Under the pieces are notes generated by a model that did not search any database, was not told the origin of the DNA, and saw nothing but the letters and a program-made list of their open reading frames with translations. A stretch of DNA of 63,996 bases, filler included, from an uncultured Acidimicrobiia bacterium (GTDB lineage: Bacteria; Actinomycetota; Acidimicrobiia; Spongiisociales; JAOTWH01): the NCBI GenBank assembly GCA_964347285.1. It is 3 parts of 3 records of this genome, joined end to end, with 100 filler letters (N's around TTAATTAATTAA, not from the genome) between each part and the next. Parts side by side here need not be neighbours in the genome. Positions count along the whole stretch, not along the records: positions 1 to 31,183 come from CAYFYE010000016.1; 2 more parts are not named here. One strand, given 5' to 3'. Made by a program: the position numbers and the translations under genes. Shown piece after piece: positions 1 to 9,680 of this stretch (its first letter is position 1; every line of letters begins with the position of its first letter).

Positions 1-2
1 AG

Positions 3-1136
3 GTGCGCAAGAACGTGCTCGTCACGACCAAGACGCCCGGGCCCGAGGACCTCGAGCCCGAAGTGGTGACCGGCGACAGCGGAATGATGGTGACCGAGTT
101 TGCTCCGTACGGGGTGGTGGGCGCCATCACCCCGACGACCAATCCCACGTCGACGATCATCAACAATGCCATCAGCATCGTTTCCGCCGGCAACGCCGCA
201 GTCTTCAACGTCCACCCCAATGCCAAGGCCGTGTCGGCCGAGAACATTCGGCTCATCAATCGGGCCATCACCGACGCGGGCGGTCCTCCCGACCTGATCA
301 CGGCCGTCCCCGAGCCCACCATCGAGAGCGCCAAGGAGCTGATGCACCATCCTCGGGTGCGGGTGCTCCTCGTCACCGGCGGGCCCGGCGTAGTGCAGGA
401 GGCCCTGAAGACCGACAAGAAATCCATCACCGCCGGCCCCGGAAACCCTCCGGTGGTCGTCGACGAAACGGCCGACGTCGAGGAGGCCGGTCGCAGCATC
501 GTGGCCGGGGCCTCCTTCGACAACAACGTCATCTGCACCGACGAAAAGGAGGTCTTCGCCGTGGAGGGAGTCGCCGACCGGCTCCTCCAGGCGATGGGCC
601 GCAACGGGGCCTACCTGCTCAAGGAGCACGAGCTGAAACGACTGGAGCGGGTGATCTTCAGCGAGCCGGGTCCGCCGCGGCGGCCGGGCAAGATCAATCC
701 GTCTTGGATCGGCAAGAACGCCGCCGCCATTCTGGGCGAGATCGGGGTACGGGTCGACGATGACGTTCGTCTGGCGGTCGCCGAGGTGCCGCTCGAGCAC
801 AATCTGGTGTGGACCGAGCAGATGATGCCGGTGTTGCCCGTGGTCCGGGTGCGCGACGTCGACGAGGCCATCTCGCTCGCCATCCAGGCCGAACACGGCT
901 TTGGGCATACGGCTTCGATCTACTCCACCAACGTCGAGACGATCACCCGCATGGCCCGAGCCTTGAACTGCTCGATCTTCGTCGCCAATGCACCCAACTT
1001 CGCCGGCCTGGGCGAGGGCGGCGAGGGCTTCAGCTCCTTCTCCATCGCCAGCCCCACCGGCGAGGGTCTGACCCGGCCCCGGACGTTCTCTCGATCTCGC
1101 CGGGTCACCGTGGTCGGGGCCTTGCGGATCGTGTGA
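3..1136 (+). CDS. CoA-acylating aldehyde dehydrogenase, EutE/PduP family (BMC-associated); 5' end lies outside the window
   Basis: Motifs PYGVVGAITPTTNP, VTGGPGVV, AGPGNPPVVVDETAD, SFDNNVIC (catalytic Cys), EQMMPVLP, SPTGEG; followed directly by shell genes. Confidence 0.95.
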   Translation: MRKNVLVTTKTPGPEDLEPEVVTGDSGMMVTEFAPYGVVGAITPTTNPTSTIINNAISIVSAGNAAVFNVHPNAKAVSAENIRLINRAITDAGGPPDLITAVPEPTIESAKELMHHPRVRVLLVTGGPGVVQEALKTDKKSITAGPGNPPVVVDETADVEEAGRSIVAGASFDNNVICTDEKEVFAVEGVADRLLQAMGRNGAYLLKEHELKRLERVIFSEPGPPRRPGKINPSWIGKNAAAILGEIGVRVDDDVRLAVAEVPLEHNLVWTEQMMPVLPVVRVRDVDEAISLAIQAEHGFGHTASIYSTNVETITRMARALNCSIFVANAPNFAGLGEGGEGFSSFSIASPTGEGLTRPRTFSRSRRVTVVGALRIV

Positions 1137-1137
1137 C

Positions 1138-1725
1138 ATGCGGCCGGCCATCGGTCTTTTGGAGTTTGCCTCGATAGCGGTGGGAATCCAGGCCGGGGAC
1201 GCAATGGTCAAGCGTGCCCCTCTGGACGCGATCTACGCCGGGACGGTGGAACCGGGAAAGTACCTGGTGCTGGTGGGAGGAATGACGGCCAGCGTCGAGG
1301 AATCCATGGATGCCGGCCGTGCGGTCGGAGCGGCGGTCCTGGTCGACGAGATGCTGCTTCCCGACGTGCATCCCATGGTGGTGTCGGCCATAGCCGGGGA
1401 GAGGCTCTCCGCCGCCGGGGAGGCCCTCGGAGTGATAGAGACCGCCACGGTTTCGGCCGTGGTCGAGGCCGCCGACGCCGGCGTCAAAGCGGCCGAGGTC
1501 GACCTTCTCGAGCTCCGGCTGGCCGACGACCTGGGCGGCAAGGGCTATCTGCTGTTCGGGGGAACGGTGGCCGCCGTAGAGGCGGCGGTCGAGGCCGGGG
1601 TGGGCCGAGTTCCCGGGGAGCAGTTGGTGGCCCGGGTGGTCATCCCCCAGGCCCACGGGGAGCTGATGGGCAATCTCGAAGCCGACGGCCGATTCGGTGC
1701 CCGCACCCACGGGCTGGAGGGGTGA
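1138..1725 (+). CDS. Tandem BMC-domain shell protein (BMC-T, PduT-like)
   Basis: Two BMC domains: AIGLLEFASIAVGIQAGDAMVK...PGKYLVLVGG and ALGVIET...AADAGVKAAEV...LGGKG. Confidence 0.93.
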   Translation: MRPAIGLLEFASIAVGIQAGDAMVKRAPLDAIYAGTVEPGKYLVLVGGMTASVEESMDAGRAVGAAVLVDEMLLPDVHPMVVSAIAGERLSAAGEALGVIETATVSAVVEAADAGVKAAEVDLLELRLADDLGGKGYLLFGGTVAAVEAAVEAGVGRVPGEQLVARVVIPQAHGELMGNLEADGRFGARTHGLEG

Positions 1726-1997
1726 TGCAGCTGGGCCGGGTCATCGGGACGGTGGTGGCCAGTACTCGGGCCGAAGGGCTCGAGGGCGTCAAGTTCCTCA
1801 TCGTCCAGCCGCTCGATCGGAGTCGTCGGCCCACCGGGCGCCCGGTCGTCGCCGCCGACGGGGTCGCCCAGTCGGGTCCGGGCGAGCTCGTCTATTACGT
1901 GGCGGCCCGGGAAGCGTCGCAGGCTCTTCCCGAGAAGTTCGTTCCCGTCGACCACGCCATCGTCGGCATCGTCGACGCCGTGGAGGACTTGTCATGA
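1722..1997 (+). CDS. EutN/CcmL family microcompartment vertex protein (BMC-P)
   Basis: MQLGRVIGTVVAS...VVAADGV..GPGE...HAIVGIVD; 4-nt overlap with upstream gene. Confidence 0.93.
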   Translation: MMQLGRVIGTVVASTRAEGLEGVKFLIVQPLDRSRRPTGRPVVAADGVAQSGPGELVYYVAAREASQALPEKFVPVDHAIVGIVDAVEDLS

Positions 1998-2299
1998 AGG
2001 TGGGCCGGGTGACCGGGACGGTGGTGGCGACGATTCAGGATCCGGTATTCGACGGCAAGCGCCTGCTGGTGTGCGATCTGGTCGATCTGGAGGGACGGGC
2101 CACCGGCGAGTACCTCATCGCCGTGGATGCGGTCGACGCCGGATTCGACGAGATCGTGCTGCTCCTCGACGAGGGCAACTCGGCCCGGCAGGTCGTCGGG
2201 CAGGACCCGGCCCCCGTTCGGGCCGTGGTGGTCGGAGTCGTCGACGAGCTCACGGTGGCCGGCAGCGAGGTCCCCGGATCGCGTGGGGCCGAGGGGTAG
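1994..2299 (+). CDS. Second EutN/CcmL family vertex protein (BMC-P)
   Basis: ATG at 1994 overlaps the previous stop (ATGA), RBS GGAGG upstream; MKVGRVTGTVVAT...AVDAVDAG..E.VL...EGNSAR...AVVVGVVD. Confidence 0.92.
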   Translation: MKVGRVTGTVVATIQDPVFDGKRLLVCDLVDLEGRATGEYLIAVDAVDAGFDEIVLLLDEGNSARQVVGQDPAPVRAVVVGVVDELTVAGSEVPGSRGAEG

Positions 2300-2332
2300 G
2301 CTCCTCCGGACGCCGAGACAAGGGGTTACTTG

Positions 2333-2713
2333 ATGCGCAAGTCACTCGCCGGGGCCATTGCCGTGTTCCTTCTCCTGACCTCCTGCGGCGGCAGCTCGGG
2401 GGGACTCGATAGTTGCGACGATGTGGCCGAGGCCGGGCTCGGTCTCTTCCAAGACGCTCTCGACGAACTGGCCGCCATGTCGGTGGAGGAGCTGGTGCAG
2501 GCCGGCGAGGAAGGCACACCCGCCGCCTTCACCGATCTCGAGGCGGAGGGTCGGGAGCTGACCACGAAGGCCGAGGAGCTGGGCTGTACCGACGAGGAGC
2601 TGACCGCCTACCTGACCGGCAACATCGACCGCCTCGAGGCGGAAGAGGGCACCGCGGCCGAATTCGTGCTCGAGTTCCTCAAAGCCGATCCGCAGTTCGA
2701 CCTGTTCGGTTAG
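2333..2713 (+). CDS. Acidic helical lipoprotein of unknown function
   Basis: Signal peptide with lipobox LTSC; similar to the next ORF. Confidence 0.75.
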   Translation: MRKSLAGAIAVFLLLTSCGGSSGGLDSCDDVAEAGLGLFQDALDELAAMSVEELVQAGEEGTPAAFTDLEAEGRELTTKAEELGCTDEELTAYLTGNIDRLEAEEGTAAEFVLEFLKADPQFDLFG

Positions 2714-2762
2714 GCGTATCGGTCCGGGTTTCGCGCCACCGGGGAGCCGGGTAGCGTGGTCG

Positions 2763-3143
2763 ATGATGAGGCGATTGGCTCCGGTCGTCGCGTTGGTACT
2801 CCTGGCCGCGGCCTGCCACATCCGGGCGCTTCCCGTCGAAGAGAGTCCAGACGACTGCGGGAGGATCGCCGCCGACGTCGTCGAACTGCTCCAAGACCAG
2901 CTCGATGCACTGGCGACCTCGACTGTTTCCGAGCTGAGAGGGCCGCAACTGCCGGCCGGGCTGGCCGAGTTGACCGACCGAAGCCGCGAATTGACGGCGA
3001 GGGCCGATGAGATCGGATGTGATCGAGCCGAGGTCATCGCTGCGGTGAGCGGCTCTGTGACCGATCTCGAGGCGGAAGGGCCGCTCGCTCAGCTCTATTT
3101 GGAGACCGTTCTCGACGCCCTCTCCGACTCGGGCGCCCCCTAG
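2763..3143 (+). CDS. Lipoprotein of unknown function, paralogue of 2333-2713
   Basis: Lipobox AAAC; shared C...QD.LD.LA...RELT..A.E.GC...LEAE pattern. Confidence 0.75.
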   Translation: MMRRLAPVVALVLLAAACHIRALPVEESPDDCGRIAADVVELLQDQLDALATSTVSELRGPQLPAGLAELTDRSRELTARADEIGCDRAEVIAAVSGSVTDLEAEGPLAQLYLETVLDALSDSGAP

Positions 3144-3838
3144 AGATCGGCGGCGGCCCGATCGAGGAACCAGGTGACGGCCCGGGCCCCCCGGGTGACC
3201 TCTTCGGCGGGCAGCCCGCTCCCTCCGGCCAGCACGGCCGCAACCGCCGCCGCCTTGCCCTCTCCGGCGACCAAGAACGCCAGGCGATCTGCCTCCCACA
3301 GCAGCGGCAACGTGGCCGTCAGGCGCCAGGCCTCCTGGGCCGGCACCCAGTTGGCGACGAAGCGGCGTTTCCGTTCGTCCAGAGCCGCAGTGCCGGGAAA
3401 CAAGGACGCGGTGTGGCCGTCCTCGCCCAGGCCCAGCAGCACCAGGTGGGGTCGCGGGCCGGTGTCGGCCGAAGGCAGCACCTCGGCGAGGAGTTGCTCG
3501 TAGGAGGCGGCCGCCCTCGACGGGTCGTCGCCGTGCTGGATCGCCAGCAGGCGGGCCGGGACGTGATCGCCGAGGGCGGACCGGATCATGCCGGCGTTGG
3601 AGTCCGGGTGGTCCGGGGGCACCCATCGCTCGTCCCCGAGCCACATCGTGACCGATTCCCAGGGGACGGCGTGGTCCCTGAGCCGTTGGTAGGCGGCCCG
3701 CGGAGTGGTTCCTCCGGCCAGTCCCAGGGTGGGATGGGTGCCGGCCGACCGCATCCAGCGGGCGATCGAGGCCGCGGCCAGGGCGGCCAGCGCATCGGGA
3801 TGCTCGGCGACGCGTATCTCGAAGTCGGGGTCGTCCAC
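3140..3838 (-). CDS. pgl: 6-phosphogluconolactonase
   Basis: LAGGTTP, GDERWVPPDHPDSN, LLGLGEDGHTASLFPG; start placed 6 nt after TAGCCT -10. Confidence 0.93.
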   Translation of the reverse strand: MDDPDFEIRVAEHPDALAALAAASIARWMRSAGTHPTLGLAGGTTPRAAYQRLRDHAVPWESVTMWLGDERWVPPDHPDSNAGMIRSALGDHVPARLLAIQHGDDPSRAAASYEQLLAEVLPSADTGPRPHLVLLGLGEDGHTASLFPGTAALDERKRRFVANWVPAQEAWRLTATLPLLWEADRLAFLVAGEGKAAAVAAVLAGGSGLPAEEVTRGARAVTWFLDRAAADL

Positions 3839-3943
3839 CACCCCAGGCTAGGGAGAACGTCGCCGGTGGCGGGCGCAGGGTCGGGACGCCCGTTTCTTGG
3901 AGAGCCGTCGGGCCGGTTGGCGTGGGGGGTGCCAATCGCGTGA

Positions 3944-4376
3944 CTACAGGCGATCCTCGAAGATGTATCCGGACAGGCGCTCCGGGGTGAGCACCGCCGC
4001 CTGCTGCGTCTCCAGGCCCGGGCCGAACCGGACCAGCCAGCCGTCGGCATCCGATTCCCCGCGATCTTTGGCGAGCTGGGCCCGGGTGACGGCGGCGCAG
4101 TCGTCGTCGGTCCAGCGCACCGGACCCTCGGCGGCCACATAGCGTTCCACCGCCAGCCCGGCCTCGTAATGCTCGTGGTGCACGGTGGGCGTCGCCCGCC
4201 CGGTCCGGAGCATGACCCGACCGTGCTCCGACTGCGGGGACGTGACCAGCCAGAACTCCAGGTCCCGGTACAAGAAGCCGAGGGGCACCGCGATCGGTCC
4301 GCGCTCCGGCCTGCTCACCGACAGGAACCCCGATGTGGGGCTCGCCGAGGAACTCTGCGAGCCGGCCGTCGGTCAT
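3944..4376 (-). pseudogene. Pyridoxamine 5'-phosphate oxidase-like (split-barrel flavin/F420-binding) protein with a 1-bp frameshift near 4326
   Basis: MTDGRLAEFLGEPHIGV in one frame continues as LSVSRPERGPIAVPLGFLY in another; removing one base restores a single ORF. May be a sequencing error. Confidence 0.7.
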
Positions 4377-4444
4377 GCGAGCCGTGGGCGCCGATGCTAT
4401 CGGCCGGGGCTCCCCAAATTCCTGGGTGCCGGTAGCCTCAGCCG

Positions 4445-5101
4445 GTGGCACGACGGCTGCGGATCGAATGGAGTCCAGGGCGCAAGGTCACCGGGCGGTT
4501 GGCGATGCCGCCGCAGGCCGGGCCGGTCGGCGTGCTCCTGGCCCACGGTGCCGGTGCCGGCCAGGATTCTCCGTTCATCGTTCACATCCGCGAGGGGCTG
4601 GCGGCCGCCGGATACGCCGTCCTCACCTTCAACTACCCCTATGCCGAAGAGGGCCGCCGCCGGCCCGATCCCCAGCCCCGGCTGCTCGAGTGCCACCGGG
4701 CCGCCGCGGCGCGATTGCGCAGCTACGTCCCCGCGATCGTCTTCGCCGGGAAGTCGATGGGCGGTCGGATCGGATCTCACGTCGTCGCCGACGGTGCACC
4801 GGCCTCCGGGCTGCTGTTCTACGGCTATCCGCTGGTGGCACCCGGTTCGGGCATGCCTCGGTCCGTGGAGCACCTCCATACGATTCGGGTGCCCATGCTG
4901 TTCCTGGCCGGCACCCGCGACCGCCTGTGCCCCCTCGACCTCCTCGAGGATGTGCTGAGCGGCCTGCCGGCCGCCGAGGCGGCAATCATCGAGGACGGCG
5001 ATCACTCGTTTCGCATTCCGGCCCGGGCCGGAGTGACCGGCGAGGAGGTCCTGGACGGTCTGGTGGCGATGAGCGTGGACTGGCTGGGCGGCCTGGCCTG
5101 A
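4445..5101 (+). CDS. Alpha/beta hydrolase (KANL3/Tex30-like)
   Basis: LAHGAGAG, GKSMGGR nucleophile elbow, GTRD, GDHSF. Confidence 0.88.
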   Translation: MARRLRIEWSPGRKVTGRLAMPPQAGPVGVLLAHGAGAGQDSPFIVHIREGLAAAGYAVLTFNYPYAEEGRRRPDPQPRLLECHRAAAARLRSYVPAIVFAGKSMGGRIGSHVVADGAPASGLLFYGYPLVAPGSGMPRSVEHLHTIRVPMLFLAGTRDRLCPLDLLEDVLSGLPAAEAAIIEDGDHSFRIPARAGVTGEEVLDGLVAMSVDWLGGLA

Positions 5102-5980
5102 CTACCTCGGAGGCGGCAGGTAGCGGCCGGCGGTGACCGACCCCTTCAGCGTGTCGAGCTCCCAGATCGAGGACTTCCTCCACTGCAGGGGCCCATCGAG
5201 AGGGATACCCTCGTCGGCCAGGTGGTCGATCAGGTCCGAGATCACGTCGCCGTGGGTACACAGGACCGCCGATGAACCCTGCAGCTCGGTCAGCAACGCC
5301 AAGGTCTCTTCCAGCTCGCCACCTTCGGCGAGCCGGCGATCCTGTTCCAAGCCGAGGCCGGTGCCCTGCGCCAACGGCCTTACTGTTTGCACACACCGTG
5401 GGTACGGGCTGCTGATGACCCGTTCGATCGGAGTCTGAGACAGGCGCCGTGCCAGCTTGGCAGCGTGACGCCGCCCGGAAATCGACAGCTTGCGCCTTGT
5501 GTCGCCCGGATCGGCGTCGTCGCGGGCCCCGGCCGGTGCGTGCCGCAGCAGGTAGATATGGCCCGACGATGGTTCGTGGAGCAGCTCGGCGGCTCGGGCC
5601 AAAACGCGGCGGTCTTTGGCGAAGCTCAGCTTTTGGGCCGCCGCACCGGCGAATTTCCAAGAGATCTTGTCCACCTCGCTGGTGGGCTCGAACTCGCCGC
5701 CTTCGGACTCCATCAGCCAATATCGAACCGACTTCCGCCGTCCCCCTCGCAGCGTGTACGCGATCGTCCCCACCGGTGCCACGGTGTGACAGCGCAAGCC
5801 GGTTTCCTCTTGCACTTCGCGAAGCGCCGCCTCCTCGAATCCCTCGCCGGGATCGAGCTTTCCCTTGGGGAGCGTCCAGTCGTCATAGCGAGGCCGGCGA
5901 ACGAGGAGGAACTCCGGTTCGGTCCCGGGTTCCCTGTGGCGGTAGACGGCGCCTCCGGCCGCTTGGATCAGCTTCCCCAT
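5102..5980 (-). CDS. mutT1: NUDIX hydrolase fused to histidine-phosphatase domain (MutT1-like)
   Basis: RPRYDDWTLPKGK...ALREVQEETG Nudix box plus LLRHA and CTHG motifs; downstream of ppk1 as in other actinobacteria. Confidence 0.88.
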   Translation of the reverse strand: MGKLIQAAGGAVYRHREPGTEPEFLLVRRPRYDDWTLPKGKLDPGEGFEEAALREVQEETGLRCHTVAPVGTIAYTLRGGRRKSVRYWLMESEGGEFEPTSEVDKISWKFAGAAAQKLSFAKDRRVLARAAELLHEPSSGHIYLLRHAPAGARDDADPGDTRRKLSISGRRHAAKLARRLSQTPIERVISSPYPRCVQTVRPLAQGTGLGLEQDRRLAEGGELEETLALLTELQGSSAVLCTHGDVISDLIDHLADEGIPLDGPLQWRKSSIWELDTLKGSVTAGRYLPPPR

Positions 5981-5984
5981 GGCC

Positions 5985-8057
5985 TCAGGGTCGGGGCCGA
6001 GCCCTGTCCAGCGCCAGCTGCTGGAGGCGCTCATGGGTGTTGAGGCCTGTGGTGGTCGACACCTTCGTCCACCGGCCGTCGGCACCCAGGGTCCAGGCCA
6101 GGACGTCGTCGGCGAGGTTGGTCTGCAGGATCTCCTCCAACCGTTTTTGCAGCCGGCGGTCGTCGACGGGAGTCACCGCCTCAACTCGCTGGCTCAGGTT
6201 GCGGGGCATGAGGTCGGCCGACCCGATGTAGTAGCGGGCTCCATCTTCAGGCCTGCCGAAGCGGAAGATGCGAGAGTGCTCGAGAAAGCGACCGACCAAT
6301 GAGCGGACCGTGATGTTCTCCGACATCCCGGGCACTCCGGGTATCAGCCCGCACGTGGAGCGGATGATGAGCTCGACCGGGGTACCTGCCTGAGACGCCG
6401 CATACAGGGCGTCGATGACGGGGGTGTCCATGAGGTGGTTGAGCTTGAGGACGATCGATCCTTCCGGCCCGAGCTGGGCCTGCTGCTCGATTCGTTTGAC
6501 CAACTTGGGACGCAGCGTCGTCGGGGCGACCCACAACCGCCGGTACTTGCTGCGGTGCCCAAAGCCGGTGAGGACGTTGAACAGCTCGGAGAGGTCGGAG
6601 CCGAGCTTGGGATCGGTCGTGAACAGCCCGAGGTCCTCGTACAGCTTGGCGGTCTTCGGGTTGTAGTTGCCCGTGCCGATGTGGCTGTAGCGCTGCACGC
6701 GGCCCGCCTCTCGCCGGGCCACCAGCAGGATCTTGGCATGGGTCTTCAGGCCCACCACGCCGTAGACGACGTGGACGCCCGCCTCTTCGAGGAGGCGGGC
6801 CCAGCGGATGTTGGCCTGCTCGTCGAAGCGGGCCTTCAGTTCCACCAGTACGACCACCTGCTTGCCCCGCTCGGCGGCACCGATGAGGGAATGGACGATG
6901 GCCCGTTCCCCGCCGATCGCCGGGTCATCCGGGGCCGACGTGCGGTACAGCGTCTGTTTGATGGCCAGGACGTTGGGATCTCGAGCCGCCTGGGCCAGGA
7001 ACGCCTCGGCCGAAGTCGCAAACGACTCGTACGGCACGTGAACGAGAAAGTCGCTTCTCTGCATGGCTGCGAAGTAGTCGACGGTCTCTCCGGCGGGTGC
7101 TGCGAGTCGGGGGAGGGTCACCGGGGTCCAGGTGGGGTGCTTCAGCTCGGGCCGTTCGAAGTCGTAGAGGCCCCACAGACCGCTCAAATCGAGCGGGGCC
7201 TCGCAGTAGTAGACCTCGCTGCGCTGCAATTCGAGTTCTTCGAGCAACAGGTCCAGGACGTCGTCCGAGATGGTCGGGTGGACCTCGAGGCGAACGGACT
7301 TGGCGGTGCGCCGCTGCTCCCGCAGGGCACTCTCCATGGCCAGGAGGAGGTCGGACGCCTCGTCCTCCTCTACCTCGGGCTCGGCGCTGCGGGTGAGGCG
7401 GAACGGGTAGTGCCCGATGATCTCCATGCCGGGGAACAGCCGCTCGAGCTGGGCGGCAATGACCTGTTCGAGGGGGACGAAGCGGTGGCCGTCTGAGAGG
7501 ACCACAAACCGGGGCAGCACCGGCGGCACCTTCACCCTGGCGAATTGGATCGGACCTCCGTTCTCGTGGGCCACCAGGACGGCGAGGTTCAGGGAGAGGT
7601 TGGAGATGAAGGGGAAGGGGTGGGCCGGGTCGACCGCCAGCGGGGTGAGCACCGGGAAGATCTGGTTCTCGAAGATCTCCTCCAGCTCGGCCCGGTCTTC
7701 GTCGCTCAGCTCGATGTACGCGGCCAGCGCGATGCCGGCCGCCTCCAGCTCGGGCATGAGTTCTTTGGTGAAGAGCTGGTCGCGGCGGGCCTGGAGGGCG
7801 CCCGCCCTCTCCCTGATGTCTTCGAGCTGGGCACTCGGCGTCAGTCCGTCGGGGGAGCGTCCCGAAAAGCCGGCCAGGACCTGCTCCTTGAGGCCGGCCA
7901 CTCGCACCTGGAAGAACTCGTCCAGGTTGTGGCTGATGATGGCGACGTAGTTGATGCGCTCGAGGAGCGGCAGCTCCTCGTCCTCGGCGAGAGAGAGCAC
8001 CCGCTCCTGAAAGTCGAGGAGGGAAAGCTCGCGGTTTGTGTAGCGCCTGGCCTCCAT
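5985..8057 (-). CDS. ppk1: Polyphosphate kinase 1
   Basis: NRELS, NLDEFF, HPFPFISNLSLN, ELKARFDE, KTHAK, GTGNYN, RFLEHSR. Confidence 0.97.
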   Translation of the reverse strand: MEARRYTNRELSLLDFQERVLSLAEDEELPLLERINYVAIISHNLDEFFQVRVAGLKEQVLAGFSGRSPDGLTPSAQLEDIRERAGALQARRDQLFTKELMPELEAAGIALAAYIELSDEDRAELEEIFENQIFPVLTPLAVDPAHPFPFISNLSLNLAVLVAHENGGPIQFARVKVPPVLPRFVVLSDGHRFVPLEQVIAAQLERLFPGMEIIGHYPFRLTRSAEPEVEEDEASDLLLAMESALREQRRTAKSVRLEVHPTISDDVLDLLLEELELQRSEVYYCEAPLDLSGLWGLYDFERPELKHPTWTPVTLPRLAAPAGETVDYFAAMQRSDFLVHVPYESFATSAEAFLAQAARDPNVLAIKQTLYRTSAPDDPAIGGERAIVHSLIGAAERGKQVVVLVELKARFDEQANIRWARLLEEAGVHVVYGVVGLKTHAKILLVARREAGRVQRYSHIGTGNYNPKTAKLYEDLGLFTTDPKLGSDLSELFNVLTGFGHRSKYRRLWVAPTTLRPKLVKRIEQQAQLGPEGSIVLKLNHLMDTPVIDALYAASQAGTPVELIIRSTCGLIPGVPGMSENITVRSLVGRFLEHSRIFRFGRPEDGARYYIGSADLMPRNLSQRVEAVTPVDDRRLQKRLEEILQTNLADDVLAWTLGADGRWTKVSTTTGLNTHERLQQLALDRARPRP

Positions 8058-8142
8058 GGCGGTTCTCCGGTGGGGTCTTCGGGACCATCGACAGTCTAGG
8101 CCCCGGCCTTGAACCCGCTCTCGACGTCCGTACCCTGTCCCC

Positions 8143-8631
8143 GTGTCTTCTCGAGCGTCGGAAGCCGGCACCGAGTCGGTGTGGGACTACCCGCGCCCGC
8201 CCCGGGTGGAGCCCTGTGCCGACCGGATTCGGGTGGTGTTCGCCGGCATCACCGTCGCCGACTCGAACTCGGCGCTGCGAGTCGTCGAAACCAGTCACCC
8301 CCCTGCCTACTACCTGCCCCCGGCGGGCGTGGTCACCGGGGTGCTGCTGCCCTCGCCGCGGCGCACCGTGTGCGAGTTCAAGGGGGTGGCCCACTACTGG
8401 ACGATCAGCGTCGCCGGGCGGTCGTCCTCGGATGCCGCCTGGTCCTATCCCGATCCTGCTCCCGGCTACGAGGCCCTGCGCGACCACATAGCCTTCTACG
8501 CAGGCAGGGTCGATACCTGCTACGTAGGTGACGAGCGGGCCCGGCCCCAGGAAGGCGACTTCTACGGGGGCTGGATCACCTCGCGGGTCACCGGCCCGTT
8601 CAAGGGCGGGTCCGGTTCGGCCGGCTGGTAG
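8143..8631 (+). CDS. DUF427 domain protein
   Basis: ESVWDYPRPP, ETSHPPAYY, CEFKG, AAWSYP, FYGGWIT. Confidence 0.88.
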   Translation: MSSRASEAGTESVWDYPRPPRVEPCADRIRVVFAGITVADSNSALRVVETSHPPAYYLPPAGVVTGVLLPSPRRTVCEFKGVAHYWTISVAGRSSSDAAWSYPDPAPGYEALRDHIAFYAGRVDTCYVGDERARPQEGDFYGGWITSRVTGPFKGGSGSAGW

Positions 8632-8634
8632 GGC

Positions 8635-9084
8635 TCAGCGTCGGGCGGCCTCCAGGGCGGCGATCTTGTCCAGGCGGCGCCGATGGCGCTCCTCTCCACT
8701 GAAGGCGGCGCCCAGGAAGGCCTCGGTCACCGTCCAGGCCAGCTCTTCTCCAACGACCCGGGCACCGATGGCCAAGACGTTGGCGTCGTCGTGCTCGACG
8801 GATTGGCGGGCCGAGTAGGCGTCGTGACACTGGCCGGCCCGAATTCCGTCCAGCTTGTTGGCGGCGATGGCCGCCCCCACTCCCGACCCACAGACCACGA
8901 TGCCCCGCTCGGCCCGGCCGTCTACCACCGCCCGGGCCACCGCGGCTGCGTAGTCGGGGTAGTCGACCGGGTCGGGGGCGTGGGTACCGAGATCGGTGAC
9001 GGCATGTCCGGCCTTCTTGAGTCGTTCGATCAGGACCTCCTTGAGGTCGTAGCCGGCGTGATCGGCACCGATTGCTACCCGCAT
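8635..9084 (-). CDS. rpiB: Ribose-5-phosphate isomerase B
   Basis: GADHAG, DYPD, CGSGVG, ANK, HDDANVL, RHRRR. Confidence 0.95.
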   Translation of the reverse strand: MRVAIGADHAGYDLKEVLIERLKKAGHAVTDLGTHAPDPVDYPDYAAAVARAVVDGRAERGIVVCGSGVGAAIAANKLDGIRAGQCHDAYSARQSVEHDDANVLAIGARVVGEELAWTVTEAFLGAAFSGEERHRRRLDKIAALEAARR

Positions 9085-9149
9085 CGTTCCTCCTCGACTG
9101 CGCCGGAGCGTACCGTAGGCGTGCCGGAGGGGAGCGGTAACCTCGGCCG

Positions 9150-9662
9150 ATGCGTCCGGCGATCCTCGTGGCCCTGTGCATGATGGCGACGGGCTGCGGT
9201 GCCGACGATGCCTCGGCCCCCGGCCCCGGGCCGACCCAGACGGTCTGCAATGAGGGGTACTGCGTCGACTATCCGGCGGACTGGGACATCGAGCTCGGCG
9301 CGGATTTCGTGGTACTGACGCATCCGGAGGAGCCGGAAGCCCAGGCCTCGGTGGGCCTGGTGGACATGCGCGGAGTGGTGGAAGGGGTGGGGGGCATGTG
9401 GCCGGCCGGGACCGAGGAAACCGTGAAGGCGTTTTGGGAGGCGTTGGACGAGCTCGGCAGCGCCGGCCTCTCCGCCACCGAGGAGCTCGACGATGGTTCG
9501 GTGCGCTCGTCGGGTTCCTTCGAGGGTGGTCGCCTGTGGCATCGGCTGGTACCCCTCGAACCGCCCGAGGCGTTGGGGGTGGAGGTACGCGCTCCCCATC
9601 GAGGGTGGGAGCCGCATGCCGACATCATCGTCGGCGGCCTCCGGCCGGTGCCGGGAGCCTAG
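9150..9662 (+). CDS. Lipoprotein of unknown function
   Basis: Lipobox ATGC; TAACCT -10 six nt upstream of ATG. Confidence 0.7.
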   Translation: MRPAILVALCMMATGCGADDASAPGPGPTQTVCNEGYCVDYPADWDIELGADFVVLTHPEEPEAQASVGLVDMRGVVEGVGGMWPAGTEETVKAFWEALDELGSAGLSATEELDDGSVRSSGSFEGGRLWHRLVPLEPPEALGVEVRAPHRGWEPHADIIVGGLRPVPGA

Positions 9663-9680
9663 GTCCATAGAATCGGAGGG

